Origin: Polyangiaceae bacterium
GTDB lineage: Bacteria > Myxococcota_A > Polyangia > Polyangiales > Polyangiaceae
Direction: 5' to 3'
DNA length: 64,000 nucleotides
Assembly: GCA_044376115.1 (NCBI GenBank)
Contig: JBILLK010000005.1
Location: 160,001-224,000 of the forward strand
A program made the position numbers and the translations under genes. The notes under the pieces were generated by a model. It did not search any database and was not told where the DNA came from. It was given only the letters and a program-made list of their open reading frames with translations. Below, one piece after another: positions 10,901-20,042 of the stretch. Numbering within the stretch: position 1 is the first letter of the stretch; every line of letters begins with the position of its first letter.

Positions 10901-13900
10901 AGCGAGGAGTTCACGACGTGGATGCCACGCTCGTGTTGATGGCACTACTCGATCTCAAGAAGGCTGGAGGGCTGTTGCGCTATTCGAGCGATGCGCGCGC
11001 GCTGGCGGCACTCCTTTGGGCGGATACGGCAGAAGCTGAGCGGGCGATCTTGCAGCGTCGCGCCCGGAGTTACGGTCAGTTGCGACTGCGGCTCGATAAC
11101 GTAAAGCCCCAGCGTGAACTGGCGATGGAGTTGTCGCCACGCTTGAGCTCCTGTGCGGACGCCCATCGGTTGCAACTATCCCAGGCGATGATTGAGGACG
11201 CGGCCGCGTACCTCGTTGAGGAGCTCGCAGCGGAGCATCCGCGTTTCATCACGAGTGAATCTGCGCAACATTTGAAGGAAGCGCTTTTTTCCGAGTTGGA
11301 CGCTTGTGGGGCTCGAAGGGACTTTGACGATGATCTCCGGGCACTCGAGAAGCACCCAGCCGAGCGGCTTGGGCTCGTGCGCAACTGGCTAGCCGCGCTT
11401 TCGGACCGTCACTCTGAGCTCGCTCCACATCGGCAGGCGGTGCTCGAAGCCGCCGTATTTGTAGCCACCGAGCGCCGAGTCGATCGCGCGCCAACGAGCG
11501 CGAGCGTAAGCGCAAGCGTGAACGGTCTCCTTGGACAACACCCTTCCGTGAAGGACCGCGCGCTCCAGCTGCGACTCGACGAATGGTTGCTGCGCATCAA
11601 TCGCTTCGTCACCGAGCGAGCGCCCAGGTTCCGCGCGTTTCGCAAGACGAAGCAGGAGATTCTGGACCGCGAGCGGAAGCGACTGCGACTCGACGAGTTC
11701 GCGCCGAAGATTCTCTCGAGCTTCGTACGAAACCAGCTGATCGATAAGGTCTATCTGCCGCTCGTGGGTGCCAACCTGGCGAAGCAGATGGGATCCGCTG
11801 GCGAGGGGAAGCGCACCGATCAGATGGGGCTCTTGTTGCTTATCTCGCCGCCTGGATATGGCAAGACGACGCTGATGGAGTATGTGGCGAATCGGCTCGG
11901 TCTCATCTTCATGAAGGTGAATGGTCCGGCCCTAGGACATCAGGTCACGTCGATCGATCCCAATGACGCCCCCAATGCCACAGCTCGCCAGGAGGTGGAC
12001 AAGGTCAACCTTGCGCTAGAGATGGGCAACAACGTGATGCTGTACGTCGATGACATCCAGCACACGAACCCCGAGTTCCTCCAGAAGTTCATCTCGTTGT
12101 GTGATGCGCAACGAAGAATAGAAGGTGTTTGGAAGGGGAAGACGCGGACTTACGACATGCGCGGAAAGAAGTTCTGCGTCGTAATGGCGGGCAACCCGTA
12201 CACCGAGAGCGGCGAGAAGTTCAAGATCCCCGACATGCTGGCGAATCGCGCCGATACCTACAATCTTGGCGACATCCTCGACGGCAAAGGGGATCTGTTT
12301 GCGCTCAGCTACCTTGAGAACGCACTCACATCCAACAAGGCACTTCAGCCGCTCTCGGGCCGGGATCCCGCGGATACAACCAAGCTGATCAAGATGGCCA
12401 AAGGTGAGAGCGTCGCCATGACCGAGCTCGCCTACCCCTACTCAGCGGCCGAAGTCTCCGAGATTGTGGAGGTACTCAAGCGGCTCTTCGTGGTTCAGGA
12501 GGTGCTGCTCAAGGTAAACCTCGAGTACATCGCTTCCGCGTCGCAGGACGACAACTTCCGTACTGAGCCGCCCTTCAAACTTCAGGGCAGTTACCGCAAC
12601 ATGAACAAGGTGACCGAGAAGATTGTCTCGGCTCACACTGACGCGGAAGTGCAAGCGGTGATCGACGATCACTACGCAGGCGAGTCGCAGACGCTCACAT
12701 CGGGTGCTGAGAACAACCTACTCAAGCTCGCCGAGTTGCGTGGTCGCCTCTCCGCAGAACGGGCTGCGCGCTGGGAGGAGATCAAGAAGGGCTTCGTCCG
12801 CGTGAAGCTTACCGGCGGGAAGCAGGACGATCCGGTAGCGCGGGTGACCGGCTCAATCGCTGGGGTCGCAGAGCAGCTCGACGGCGTGCAGAAAGGCCTC
12901 ATGGCAATGGCGGCCCGCGCTGGTGAGCCGGCCAAGCTGATCGCGGGGGAGCTCGAGCGGCTTCATCAAGAGGTGAAACTACTCGGCGCCAAGGAACTCA
13001 CCGTGGAGGTGGAGCGTGACCCGGCGATCGTTGAACTCATCGCTCAGCAGTTGAACGCGGTAGAGACCACGCTCGCGCCCATCGTCTCAGCGTTGGCTCA
13101 AAGCCTCGTTGCCGCTGGGCAGTCGGCGCAAGCGATGGGGCACGAACAGGGCGAGGCACTGAGGAACGCGCTTGCGGAGGCCTCTAGGAAGGTTGAGGAG
13201 GTGGCGAGCTTTGCTGCTGCGCAGCAAGGGCAAGTTGCAGCCGCTACGCAAGTCGCTCACCAGCTAACAGCGATGCAACGGCAATTGATTGAAGAGCAGA
13301 AGCAAGCCGCAGTCGCCGCACAACAGGTCACCGCGCAAGCGCAGGATGCGCTCGTTGCGCAGCGTGAGCTAGTGACCCACCAAACCCAAATGGCCGTGAT
13401 GCAGCGCGATATCACCGCGGCCCAGAAGCAAATGACGGATGAGCAGCGAATGCTCGCTCAACACCAACAGTCGATGACTGCGGAGCAGCGGGATCTTGCG
13501 AATCATCAGAAGCAGCTGGCCCAACATCAGCAGCAGATGGCGTCGCAGCATCAGAATCTCGTAGCGCACCAACAGCAACTCACGGCTCAGCAACGTGAAG
13601 CCGCCAATCAACAGAGCCAGCTCACTCGTGAGCAAGCGGCCCGCTTGGCGCAACAAGCGGCAAATCCCGCAGGCGCCGTGCGTCCTCCCACCGTGCCTCC
13701 CTCGGCAAGCTTGGTTCAACGGCCTGGTGCGTCGCCCGAGGAGAATGAGGCGATCGCGCGGGCGCAGCAGGCCATGCTCGTCAATCGCCAGGGCATCAGT
13801 GAAGTGCAGGGCGCTGTGCAACGGGTCGAGCACAAGCTGGGTGAACTCGTTGCTGTTGTTCGCCAGCTGCAGGAGCGAGGTGGGTCGGCTGCAGCAGCGA

Positions 13901-14238
13901 GTGGCGCCATCCTGCGCTTTGACACAGCGATCGACTTCCAAAGCGCGAGCAACTTTTATCGTTGGCGCTCCACAGGCGACGTCGTGAACGAGGGCGGGGT
14001 GTTTGTCGCGACGCGCAGGCGTGCGCCCAATCTTGGGCAAGAGGTGATTCTTCGCGTGACGCTTCCTGGTGGTGCTGAGTTGGAAGCTCGTGGGGTTGTC
14101 GAATGGGCACGCCCTGGTAGTCATGAGCCGAACGACGTCCCTGGTTTTGGGGCGCGTTTCGTTGAATTACCGTCCTATGCACGGCAGCTCGTTGATCATT
14201 TCATTCAGCGCCGACCACCGATTCTGTTCGAGCAGTAG
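7918..14238 (+). CDS. giant AAA+ ATPase ('DNA repair ATPase'/DUF3686-like) with C-terminal Gln-rich coiled coil and TIGR02266/PilZ-like domain
   Basis: N-terminal GGSYDVIRKRL...RVRTENNCVPRDI; Walker A ISPPGYGKTT; Walker B LYVDDIQH; MLANRADTYNLGD; EPPFKLQGSYRNMNK; C-terminal SNFY...EGGVFVAT...GVVEWAR...PGFGARF...FIQRRPPILF. Confidence 0.88.
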   Translation: MADEAPKAAVGADEAASKDLEGGSYDVIRKRLLVEAEELARRAEDLNQRRIKTFGGSQLALLATERVRTENNCVPRDIRNVNGQLVFGYNVFLGLKSETVVGDVFSLHNFIETAPGAFDLSPIEVPADHFLAQGAFVREFADLYRYNRDTKLLMLRTTDTRVLAIFQTSNRLADQRVFRWGIDKSGAIKFIDGRGEEDHFLPKQHDFEFVSVRREDQRSGDFPHFSILDEVFVDTVGGDLTIKVENNTKDGRGVYREPVEDANQVLDDAEVFYVKLGALILLKVKPYRESLYRYFVFNTRTQAVVRIDAIGQACLPLPEDQGIIFPGGYYLRTGDYKVFDADSRGMVFRRQFKAPNGEDVLFVFDRIEDGAYLLLPYNLIRKEVASPIVCHGYSIFDDGKLVIFRSLSDEPTKVHPMQIWQTPFCTQEHAAAAPTDGSYLAKLGNSELVRGISEALTLRRIATTESPTRQTYEDVVSSCRRMADAFHWLNHDEAANLGEVVQKLLKTSELIIDEFEKVTAIRKRSAEALEAAAKNQEKVIGGMHITGMSSVEEFMLGLSELRKQRGSLITLREMRYMNLPRVDALEAEVIKVYDEVSKLTVEFLLQPTALEPLVNRLVEVITRVGGANKAAELKPIAEDVERVGEGLTVLSDIINGLAIDDPTQRTRILEGISEAYSQLNRARATLAGRKKELSAQEGRGEFTAQFKLFGQSIVSALSLCDTPEKCDETLSRLLLSLEELEGRFGEFDEFLGDLAQKREEVTDAIAAKRQTLLDERQRRAQNIVGAAERIISGIQRKARTLTTADELNTYFASDAMVMKLRDLAKQLFDIGASVKGDELESKLKSARQDALRALRDKTDLFEGGDNVIRFGTHRFNVNTQPVELALIPRRDDSVGADVLYVHLTGTDFYERIEDKALEDNRDLWDQQLVSESAEVYRSEYLAAAMLLAAELGQEGLSIDKLSVAVTGDRNADGVSPALLELVRGYSQTRHDEGYERGVHDVDATLVLMALLDLKKAGGLLRYSSDARALAALLWADTAEAERAILQRRARSYGQLRLRLDNVKPQRELAMELSPRLSSCADAHRLQLSQAMIEDAAAYLVEELAAEHPRFITSESAQHLKEALFSELDACGARRDFDDDLRALEKHPAERLGLVRNWLAALSDRHSELAPHRQAVLEAAVFVATERRVDRAPTSASVSASVNGLLGQHPSVKDRALQLRLDEWLLRINRFVTERAPRFRAFRKTKQEILDRERKRLRLDEFAPKILSSFVRNQLIDKVYLPLVGANLAKQMGSAGEGKRTDQMGLLLLISPPGYGKTTLMEYVANRLGLIFMKVNGPALGHQVTSIDPNDAPNATARQEVDKVNLALEMGNNVMLYVDDIQHTNPEFLQKFISLCDAQRRIEGVWKGKTRTYDMRGKKFCVVMAGNPYTESGEKFKIPDMLANRADTYNLGDILDGKGDLFALSYLENALTSNKALQPLSGRDPADTTKLIKMAKGESVAMTELAYPYSAAEVSEIVEVLKRLFVVQEVLLKVNLEYIASASQDDNFRTEPPFKLQGSYRNMNKVTEKIVSAHTDAEVQAVIDDHYAGESQTLTSGAENNLLKLAELRGRLSAERAARWEEIKKGFVRVKLTGGKQDDPVARVTGSIAGVAEQLDGVQKGLMAMAARAGEPAKLIAGELERLHQEVKLLGAKELTVEVERDPAIVELIAQQLNAVETTLAPIVSALAQSLVAAGQSAQAMGHEQGEALRNALAEASRKVEEVASFAAAQQGQVAAATQVAHQLTAMQRQLIEEQKQAAVAAQQVTAQAQDALVAQRELVTHQTQMAVMQRDITAAQKQMTDEQRMLAQHQQSMTAEQRDLANHQKQLAQHQQQMASQHQNLVAHQQQLTAQQREAANQQSQLTREQAARLAQQAANPAGAVRPPTVPPSASLVQRPGASPEENEAIARAQQAMLVNRQGISEVQGAVQRVEHKLGELVAVVRQLQERGGSAAAASGAILRFDTAIDFQSASNFYRWRSTGDVVNEGGVFVATRRRAPNLGQEVILRVTLPGGAELEARGVVEWARPGSHEPNDVPGFGARFVELPSYARQLVDHFIQRRPPILFEQ

Positions 14239-14973
14239 CTAGCGCGTTCTCGCGACGGTTGCCCGCACGGAGAACCCAAGTATGAACGCCGCCGCCACGA
14301 ATCCCCAGAAAAGGTACGGGGTGGCAGTGTTCTCTAGGCCATGAGAGAGGTTCGCCCCGAGCACCCCGCTGAGCGCTGTTACGGGCAAGAAGAGCGCGGT
14401 GATCAGGTTGAGCTTATGGCTTGATTTAGCGATGCGATCTTGCAGTTCAGCTTGCTCTTCAGCGCGCCGCGCCACGGTAAAGTCCATGCCTGCTTTGGCG
14501 TCTTGTTGGACCAGCTCCGCCGTGCGCTCGGCTTCATAGGCTGAGTCTCGAAGCGCGATCATATCCGAGTCGGTCTTGAGGAGTTCACGCGCTTCTTGCA
14601 TCACTCTGTGCGTTCCACGTACTGCGCGCAGCAGCGGAGTGACGTCTTGTAGAATCTTGAAGTAGTCCCCAGCCGTGCGAGCAGACTCGAGCGCGGCGTC
14701 CAGCCGCGTTCCTTCTTTCACGTAGCTTTCCACCAAGGACTTCAGCGCACCCAGGCCTCCTTTAGCCTCACCGCTGCTCTTCCACGTCCCGTTCGGGTGT
14801 CGCCAAAAGATCGTTGCACGCCGTTCCACCTCGTTTGCTGTCGGTGGCAGATGAAGCACCAACACCAGGTGCCCTTCATGAAACATCGAGCGCTGCTTGC
14901 CAGCCTTAACGCCAAAGCGCGCAGCCAAGATGGGGGGGAATTCTTGCCAGTGGCTAGAGATCAACTTTGACAC
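14239..14973 (-). CDS. CorA-like helical membrane protein
   Basis: Long helical region followed by KLNLITALFLPVTALSGVLGANL (GMN-like position) and a second TM helix. Confidence 0.6.
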   Translation of the reverse strand: MSKLISSHWQEFPPILAARFGVKAGKQRSMFHEGHLVLVLHLPPTANEVERRATIFWRHPNGTWKSSGEAKGGLGALKSLVESYVKEGTRLDAALESARTAGDYFKILQDVTPLLRAVRGTHRVMQEARELLKTDSDMIALRDSAYEAERTAELVQQDAKAGMDFTVARRAEEQAELQDRIAKSSHKLNLITALFLPVTALSGVLGANLSHGLENTATPYLFWGFVAAAFILGFSVRATVARTR

Positions 14974-15187
14974 TTGGGAGGCTCCTTCGGGTCGTTGGCA
15001 CCACGAGGGTCGCAGGATAAGTCGCTTTTCGAGCGTGGCGGTTAATCAAGGTCCTTGGCGTTTCAATCGTTTATTCTCTGGCCCCGTGATTCACCCTCCG
15101 CCGTGTTGTGCATCGTGTCCGGAGCTTCTAGCCGAAACGCGAAAGTGCAACCTGCTATCGCAGCCAACCCCGGACAATCGTCAGCGT

Positions 15188-16558
15188 ATGTCGACGATGC
15201 CGTGCGACGCGCGCCGCCTACTCAAACAGCGGTTGCGCGGTCACGGTGATGAGGTCGTTCGGCAAGCCCTGCGGGCGTGGGACGATGAACGCTTCGTCCT
15301 GGCGCCACCTCAGCCCGCTGCCGGTCCTGTGGACGCAAGGCTGTTCCTGACCGACTGGCCGTACGTGTCTCTGCTCGAACCGGCTGAGCAGCCACCCGTG
15401 ATATCGGGCTCTCCGGTTCCGCTGCCGCAGAGTCCAACCGTGCGGGCACTGGCAGAGTTGTTCGATATCGATCCCTTGGGCTTCGTGCTCGTGGTGTCGG
15501 CCTTGCGCGGGTCGCTGGACGTTGGTCGCTTTCGAGCGGCGCTTGGCCGGTCGAGTAGTGAAGTCATGCACAGCTACGTGATTGCGCTCTTCCGGCTGTT
15601 GGCGCTGTCGAGCAACGCAGCGCTGGCCATTGCCGATGAGGTGTCACGTCAATGTGTGATCGCCCGCTACTTCCGTCCTGGCACTGACAGCGAGATCGCC
15701 GCGTTGCACGCGGCTCAATCGGCTTTGCCCGAGGCGAAGCTCAACATGGTGACCTTCCGCGAAGCGCTTCGCTCCGGCACCGCGGAGACCCTACGAATCC
15801 TGCGGCAAGACCCGCGCATCGCGGTGGTTTGGGTAGACGCAACCAACGCCATCTTCAGCACCATACTTGGCCTCGATAGTGCTGCTGTTGACTTGGCCCC
15901 TGGCTTCGACGAGCCATTGCTGTCGTTGCTGAACCAGGCCACGGATCTGGGTGAGGTCCCGAATTCCGAGGGGCACCCGTCGCTCAGCCTGTTGATTGCA
16001 ATGGAGCCAACGGCCGAAGGGCGAGAGCGGACGGTGGCGCACCTGCTTGCCTGCGCCGATGAGCGTTGCTTACGAACTCTTGGCGGCGAGGTGTGTGGCC
16101 GCGATAGCAGCCGACGATTCCTTGCGCACCCGGCGAGCGAACAGGTTGGTAGTCCCGACAATGGCACTCCGAGGCTGATTTTGTGCCGTGACGTCGTTTG
16201 GGAGGCGTTCTCGACGATGGCTCAAGCAGAGGGCCGCGAGGTTGATGAGCTGGTTGACGAGGCGATGGAACGGTACCGCCTCTTGCGCCAGCGCCTCCGG
16301 GAGCCAGCCAAGCCGGACAGCGTTCAGGCCATCACCGAAATTGACTTTGATGCGGCGGCTGCGGCGCTGGAACGGCGAGTCGCGCAAGCGAGCGAACCTC
16401 CGCCCTCAGCACGGAACGGGCTCAGGATACCCGCGGCAAATCAGCTTGAGAGTGCAACCCCCGTGGTTACCGTGGACCCCACCGGTTTTGAAGCAGATGA
16501 GCCAACCCGCCCCGTTTTGGCGTTGCCCACTGATGAAGAGCAGACTCGACCGCGATGA
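15188..16558 (+). CDS. hypothetical protein with a ribbon-helix-helix-like segment
   Basis: Long ORF (start uncertain; frame open from 14897); ILCRDVVWEAFSTMAQAEGREVDELVDEAMERY resembles a CopG/RHH motif. Confidence 0.6.
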   Translation: MSTMPCDARRLLKQRLRGHGDEVVRQALRAWDDERFVLAPPQPAAGPVDARLFLTDWPYVSLLEPAEQPPVISGSPVPLPQSPTVRALAELFDIDPLGFVLVVSALRGSLDVGRFRAALGRSSSEVMHSYVIALFRLLALSSNAALAIADEVSRQCVIARYFRPGTDSEIAALHAAQSALPEAKLNMVTFREALRSGTAETLRILRQDPRIAVVWVDATNAIFSTILGLDSAAVDLAPGFDEPLLSLLNQATDLGEVPNSEGHPSLSLLIAMEPTAEGRERTVAHLLACADERCLRTLGGEVCGRDSSRRFLAHPASEQVGSPDNGTPRLILCRDVVWEAFSTMAQAEGREVDELVDEAMERYRLLRQRLREPAKPDSVQAITEIDFDAAAAALERRVAQASEPPPSARNGLRIPAANQLESATPVVTVDPTGFEADEPTRPVLALPTDEEQTRPR

Positions 16559-16606
16559 TGTAGGTCATTCAGCCACTTTGAGTTTATTCTCTGCCTAGGC
16601 CGTTCA

Positions 16607-16930
16607 ATGACGTCAGTACCTCCTCCCAACTTTGTGCCAGCGCCGCCAGCGTTGTTCATGGACTACGCTGGTCGTCGTTACGCGATTAACGTCCCCCGAT
16701 TCATCATTGGTCGGGAGAAAGGCGCGTGTCACTTGCTGCTGAACGATCCAAACGTGTCCCGTCAGCATGCTGCTATCGAGCTGACTTCAGGCGCGTTCTT
16801 CATCGTCGATCTCGGTTCGCGTAACGGCATCGGTTACAACGGTCACCGCGTTCACCGGAAGCAGATCGTTGAGGGAGACCGCTTTGAGATCAACGGTCAC
16901 ACCTTCGGCTTTTCTTTTCGCAATCCGTAA
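16607..16930 (+). CDS. stand-alone FHA domain protein
   Basis: IIGR...DPNVSRQHA...DLGSRNG conserved FHA motifs. Confidence 0.92.
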   Translation: MTSVPPPNFVPAPPALFMDYAGRRYAINVPRFIIGREKGACHLLLNDPNVSRQHAAIELTSGAFFIVDLGSRNGIGYNGHRVHRKQIVEGDRFEINGHTFGFSFRNP

Positions 16931-16936
16931 GTGCGG

Positions 16937-17671
16937 TCAGCGGCTCGGAAGAGAGAGTGCCCACTCTGGTTCTTCATCGTCGGCGGGAAGGCCGGTCAGC
17001 ACCTCTTGGGGCCGAAAGAGCGCCTTGTAAGCCAGGGATGGGCAAGCATCGACTCGGTACCCGAGGTAGACGTACGGAAGGCTCAAACTGCGCGCAAGCT
17101 CGAGCTGAATGACCACGTTGGCCGTGCCGATCGAGCGGCTTGCCCAGTCTGGATCGTAGAAGAAGTAAATAGCACTCCAAGCGCGGTCGGTCTGATCGCA
17201 CAGCGCAACTCCCACGAGCTTGCCGCGTTCGTCTCGGTAGGTGAGTTCGCGACCCGCGCGGTGCGGAAACGCGAATTGAAAGCGATAGCTCTCTTCCGAG
17301 AGCTCGGCCTCAGACCATCCGCGAGCCTGTTCTCGAAACGCGTGCCAGCGATGGTAGAGGGCCAACCTCTCAGCGTCGCAGGTAGGCGAAGCAATTTCGA
17401 TCGAGAGCTCGGCACACTTAGCGCGTGCTCGGCGTTGGCTCTTTGACGGGACGAACGACGAGGTCGGGACGCGGGTGGGCAAGCAGGCTGAGCAGCTCCC
17501 GCATGCTGGTCGAAAGTAGTCGGGTCCGAATCGTCGCCAGCCTCGTTCGAGCAGACCCGAGAGCTCCTCCTGCGACACCTCGACGAGGATGCGATGATCG
17601 AGAGACGCCGCGGTATTCGGTAAATAGGAACACGCCCGCGGCGCTTCTTTGAGGACCTCCAGCGTCCTCAC
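16937..17671 (-). CDS. ate: arginyl-tRNA-protein transferase family (bacterial Bpt, Leu/Asp-Glu transferase)
   Basis: CSYLP, LERGWRRFG, RPACGSCSAC, SKSQRR, SAIYFFYDPD, YVYLGY, YKALFRP. Confidence 0.9.
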   Translation of the reverse strand: MRTLEVLKEAPRACSYLPNTAASLDHRILVEVSQEELSGLLERGWRRFGPDYFRPACGSCSACLPTRVPTSSFVPSKSQRRARAKCAELSIEIASPTCDAERLALYHRWHAFREQARGWSEAELSEESYRFQFAFPHRAGRELTYRDERGKLVGVALCDQTDRAWSAIYFFYDPDWASRSIGTANVVIQLELARSLSLPYVYLGYRVDACPSLAYKALFRPQEVLTGLPADDEEPEWALSLPSR

Positions 17672-18477
17672 GTTCGACTACGCGAGGCCAGCCACGGGCC
17701 CAACTTCTTGAGCATCAGCTCCGGTGCGCTGCGCTTCATGAAGGCGATCGCTTTCGATTCGGGGTGGGGAAAGGCGTACAGGTCTCCGCGTGCTGCGGCC
17801 GCGAGAGCCAGCTGCGCTACCTGCGGCGCTTGCACCTTCGAGCGGGCCATGAGCTTCTCCACCATCTCGGCCCCGCCGGAGAGGGTTGAGCGCGCAGCTT
17901 GCGCGATGTTGGTCTTGAAGAAGTAGGGGCAGAGAACGGTTACGCCGAGCTCGGTTCCCACGAACTCGCCAGCGAGAGTCTCCGACAGCGAGATCACCCC
18001 GGCTTTGGAGACGTTATAGGGCGCCATCGCGGCCGCGCTGGCAACGCCGGCGATCGAGGCGACGTTGATGATGTGGCCGCTGCCAGAACGCTTCATTCGA
18101 GGGAGGAAGAAGTGACAGCCGTAAATCACGCCCCACAGGTTGATGCCCATCAACCATTCCCAATCGCTGAGCGGAACCTCCCCGACGGGACCGCCCACGG
18201 CGACGCCCGCGTTGTTGATCAGAAGGTCCACACCGTCGAGGACCTCATGCGCCTTGCGCTCGAGCGCCTCAACCTGTTCCTTCTGCGCCACATCACAGAG
18301 CGCGGTAAACGCCTTTCCACCGGCACGCTCGACGAGGCTGGCCGTTTCGTCGAGGCCGCCTTGGTTGATGTCTGCAAGCAGGAGCGACGAACCTTTGGCT
18401 GCGAGTTCCACGGCGAAGGCTCGCCCGAGCCCCCCACTTGCGCCTGTGACAACGGACCTCGGTCGTTCTTTCAGCAT
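17668..18477 (-). CDS. short-chain dehydrogenase/reductase
   Basis: TGASGGLG, NNAG, catalytic YNVSK; AGAGGA RBS before ATG 18477. Confidence 0.93.
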   Translation of the reverse strand: MLKERPRSVVTGASGGLGRAFAVELAAKGSSLLLADINQGGLDETASLVERAGGKAFTALCDVAQKEQVEALERKAHEVLDGVDLLINNAGVAVGGPVGEVPLSDWEWLMGINLWGVIYGCHFFLPRMKRSGSGHIINVASIAGVASAAAMAPYNVSKAGVISLSETLAGEFVGTELGVTVLCPYFFKTNIAQAARSTLSGGAEMVEKLMARSKVQAPQVAQLALAAAARGDLYAFPHPESKAIAFMKRSAPELMLKKLGPWLASRSRT

Positions 18478-18558
18478 TCCTCTTTGGTAACCCGACTTCG
18501 AACGGTTGCGAAGTCTGCTTGAGGTTTTCACCTCGCGATGCCGATGGTCACCTGCGCG

Positions 18559-19851
18559 CTATTGGCCCGGAGTAGCCAACTCGGCGGCTGGCTTGCGCGT
18601 TAGGTAGAAGAAATCACGCAACATCGGGTTACGAACGTAGTCCTCTTCCTTGTACTCAAAGCCTTTGATAATCGCCGAGACCACGGGGTTTTCCGCGTCT
18701 CCCTCCTTGGGCTCGACGGTCACGAATTTTGGAAAGGACCAGTTCACGTCGAGTTGCGCGACATCGTGCGCGCCGGCGTGCTCCATCGCCTTTGCAATCG
18801 CGAGCGCCGTGGTGGCTTCGCTGATCGCGACAAACAAGGTCTGGCGGTCTTGGGAAAGACCAATCGCCGAGCGGCGAATCACGGTGTCCTTGTCGAGCGT
18901 CGCTCCCCAGAGGGTGTTTTGCTCAACGGCGAGGCCTTTGTGCAATTCACCTCCTTCGATCATGCACGCCGGCGCTTGTCGAAACCAATCCATCTCGGTG
19001 AGTGTTGGTTCCAACACTTCCCAGGAGCCAATGTTGAGACGGTCCTTCGCGTAGCCGGCCAACGTGCAGGAGATGCCGCGTGGCTCGATGAAGACGACAC
19101 CTTCGGCCTTCATTCCGTAGTGCCCGTGGGTGGCTTTGAACCCGCCGTTGAAGGCGGCGAGTGCGCTGGGCACATCCGCCTTGGGAATGAGGCCAGTTCG
19201 CGTGTGTGCGCGGGCTGCAGGCAAGCTCGACATCGGTTCCATGGTTCCGGCCATCAAGTGGAGCCGCACCTGTCGAAGATCCACCGCGACGACCGCAACG
19301 TGAGACCAACCTCGTTTGGGGTCGGGATGCAGCAGCGTCTTCAGCATGGGGGCGGGCTCTTTGGGAAAGCGCGCATCGGGCATCGGGACCCAGTCGCCGT
19401 CCCCTGGCGCGGAGAAGCTCTGATGCATCGGTCCGACGCTGGTCCGCGCATAGACGGGGTACTTCAGGGTCTCGCCAGGGGCTGGCTGCACGACGACGGG
19501 TGAAGCGGAGGGGACCTCCCAGAACGACTCGGGCTTTTCATCCCCGCGCGTAGCTTGGTTGTACTCGTCTTGAACGCCGTACGCCCAGTCCTCCAATTTG
19601 GCGATGGCGTCGTTGCCAACGATCGACCGCCCAGTGTCCGCGAGCCACGGCCCGAGCCACTCGACGCGATGAATCGCGATCCACAGCGCGAGTATCGAGA
19701 GCGGTGTGCCCACAGCCAGACCAAGCATGAGCCGACGCAGCCAACGTCGCCCTTTCTTGGGTTGGGTCTTCGCGGAAGCCGTCGTCGACAGCTGTGAACC
19801 GTCTGCCGGAGCACCGGTGTCGAGCGGATTCTCGCTGGAGGTCGTAGCCAT
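18559..19851 (-). CDS. membrane-anchored phosphodiester glycosidase (NAGPA)-like protein
   Basis: TM anchor; AAFNGGF, RRSAIG, AQLDVNWS (variant of NLDGGGS). Confidence 0.65.
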   Translation of the reverse strand: MATTSSENPLDTGAPADGSQLSTTASAKTQPKKGRRWLRRLMLGLAVGTPLSILALWIAIHRVEWLGPWLADTGRSIVGNDAIAKLEDWAYGVQDEYNQATRGDEKPESFWEVPSASPVVVQPAPGETLKYPVYARTSVGPMHQSFSAPGDGDWVPMPDARFPKEPAPMLKTLLHPDPKRGWSHVAVVAVDLRQVRLHLMAGTMEPMSSLPAARAHTRTGLIPKADVPSALAAFNGGFKATHGHYGMKAEGVVFIEPRGISCTLAGYAKDRLNIGSWEVLEPTLTEMDWFRQAPACMIEGGELHKGLAVEQNTLWGATLDKDTVIRRSAIGLSQDRQTLFVAISEATTALAIAKAMEHAGAHDVAQLDVNWSFPKFVTVEPKEGDAENPVVSAIIKGFEYKEEDYVRNPMLRDFFYLTRKPAAELATPGQ

Positions 19852-19987
19852 GCGGCGACTACCCTAACCCGGAATGACTCGCGCCACGAAGTCGAACCAA
19901 TCGGTGCTCAGGATGATCCAACTGAGTCTAAAAAAGAGCTTCGATATCAGACGTTTGAGGTGAATCTGGCGGTCGGCGAAAATAGTT

Positions 19988-20014
19988 TGTCACTAGCTGG
20001 TGGCTGTCTCCGTT
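19988..20014 (+). promoter_or_regulatory. candidate ECF-sigma promoter (TGTCACT-N16-CGTT)
   Basis: Resembles the ECF41-type consensus TGTCACA-N16-CGTC; lies upstream of an operon that encodes an ECF sigma. Confidence 0.45.
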
Positions 20015-20042
20015 GACCAGCTGAACCAACGGAGGAACGGTC

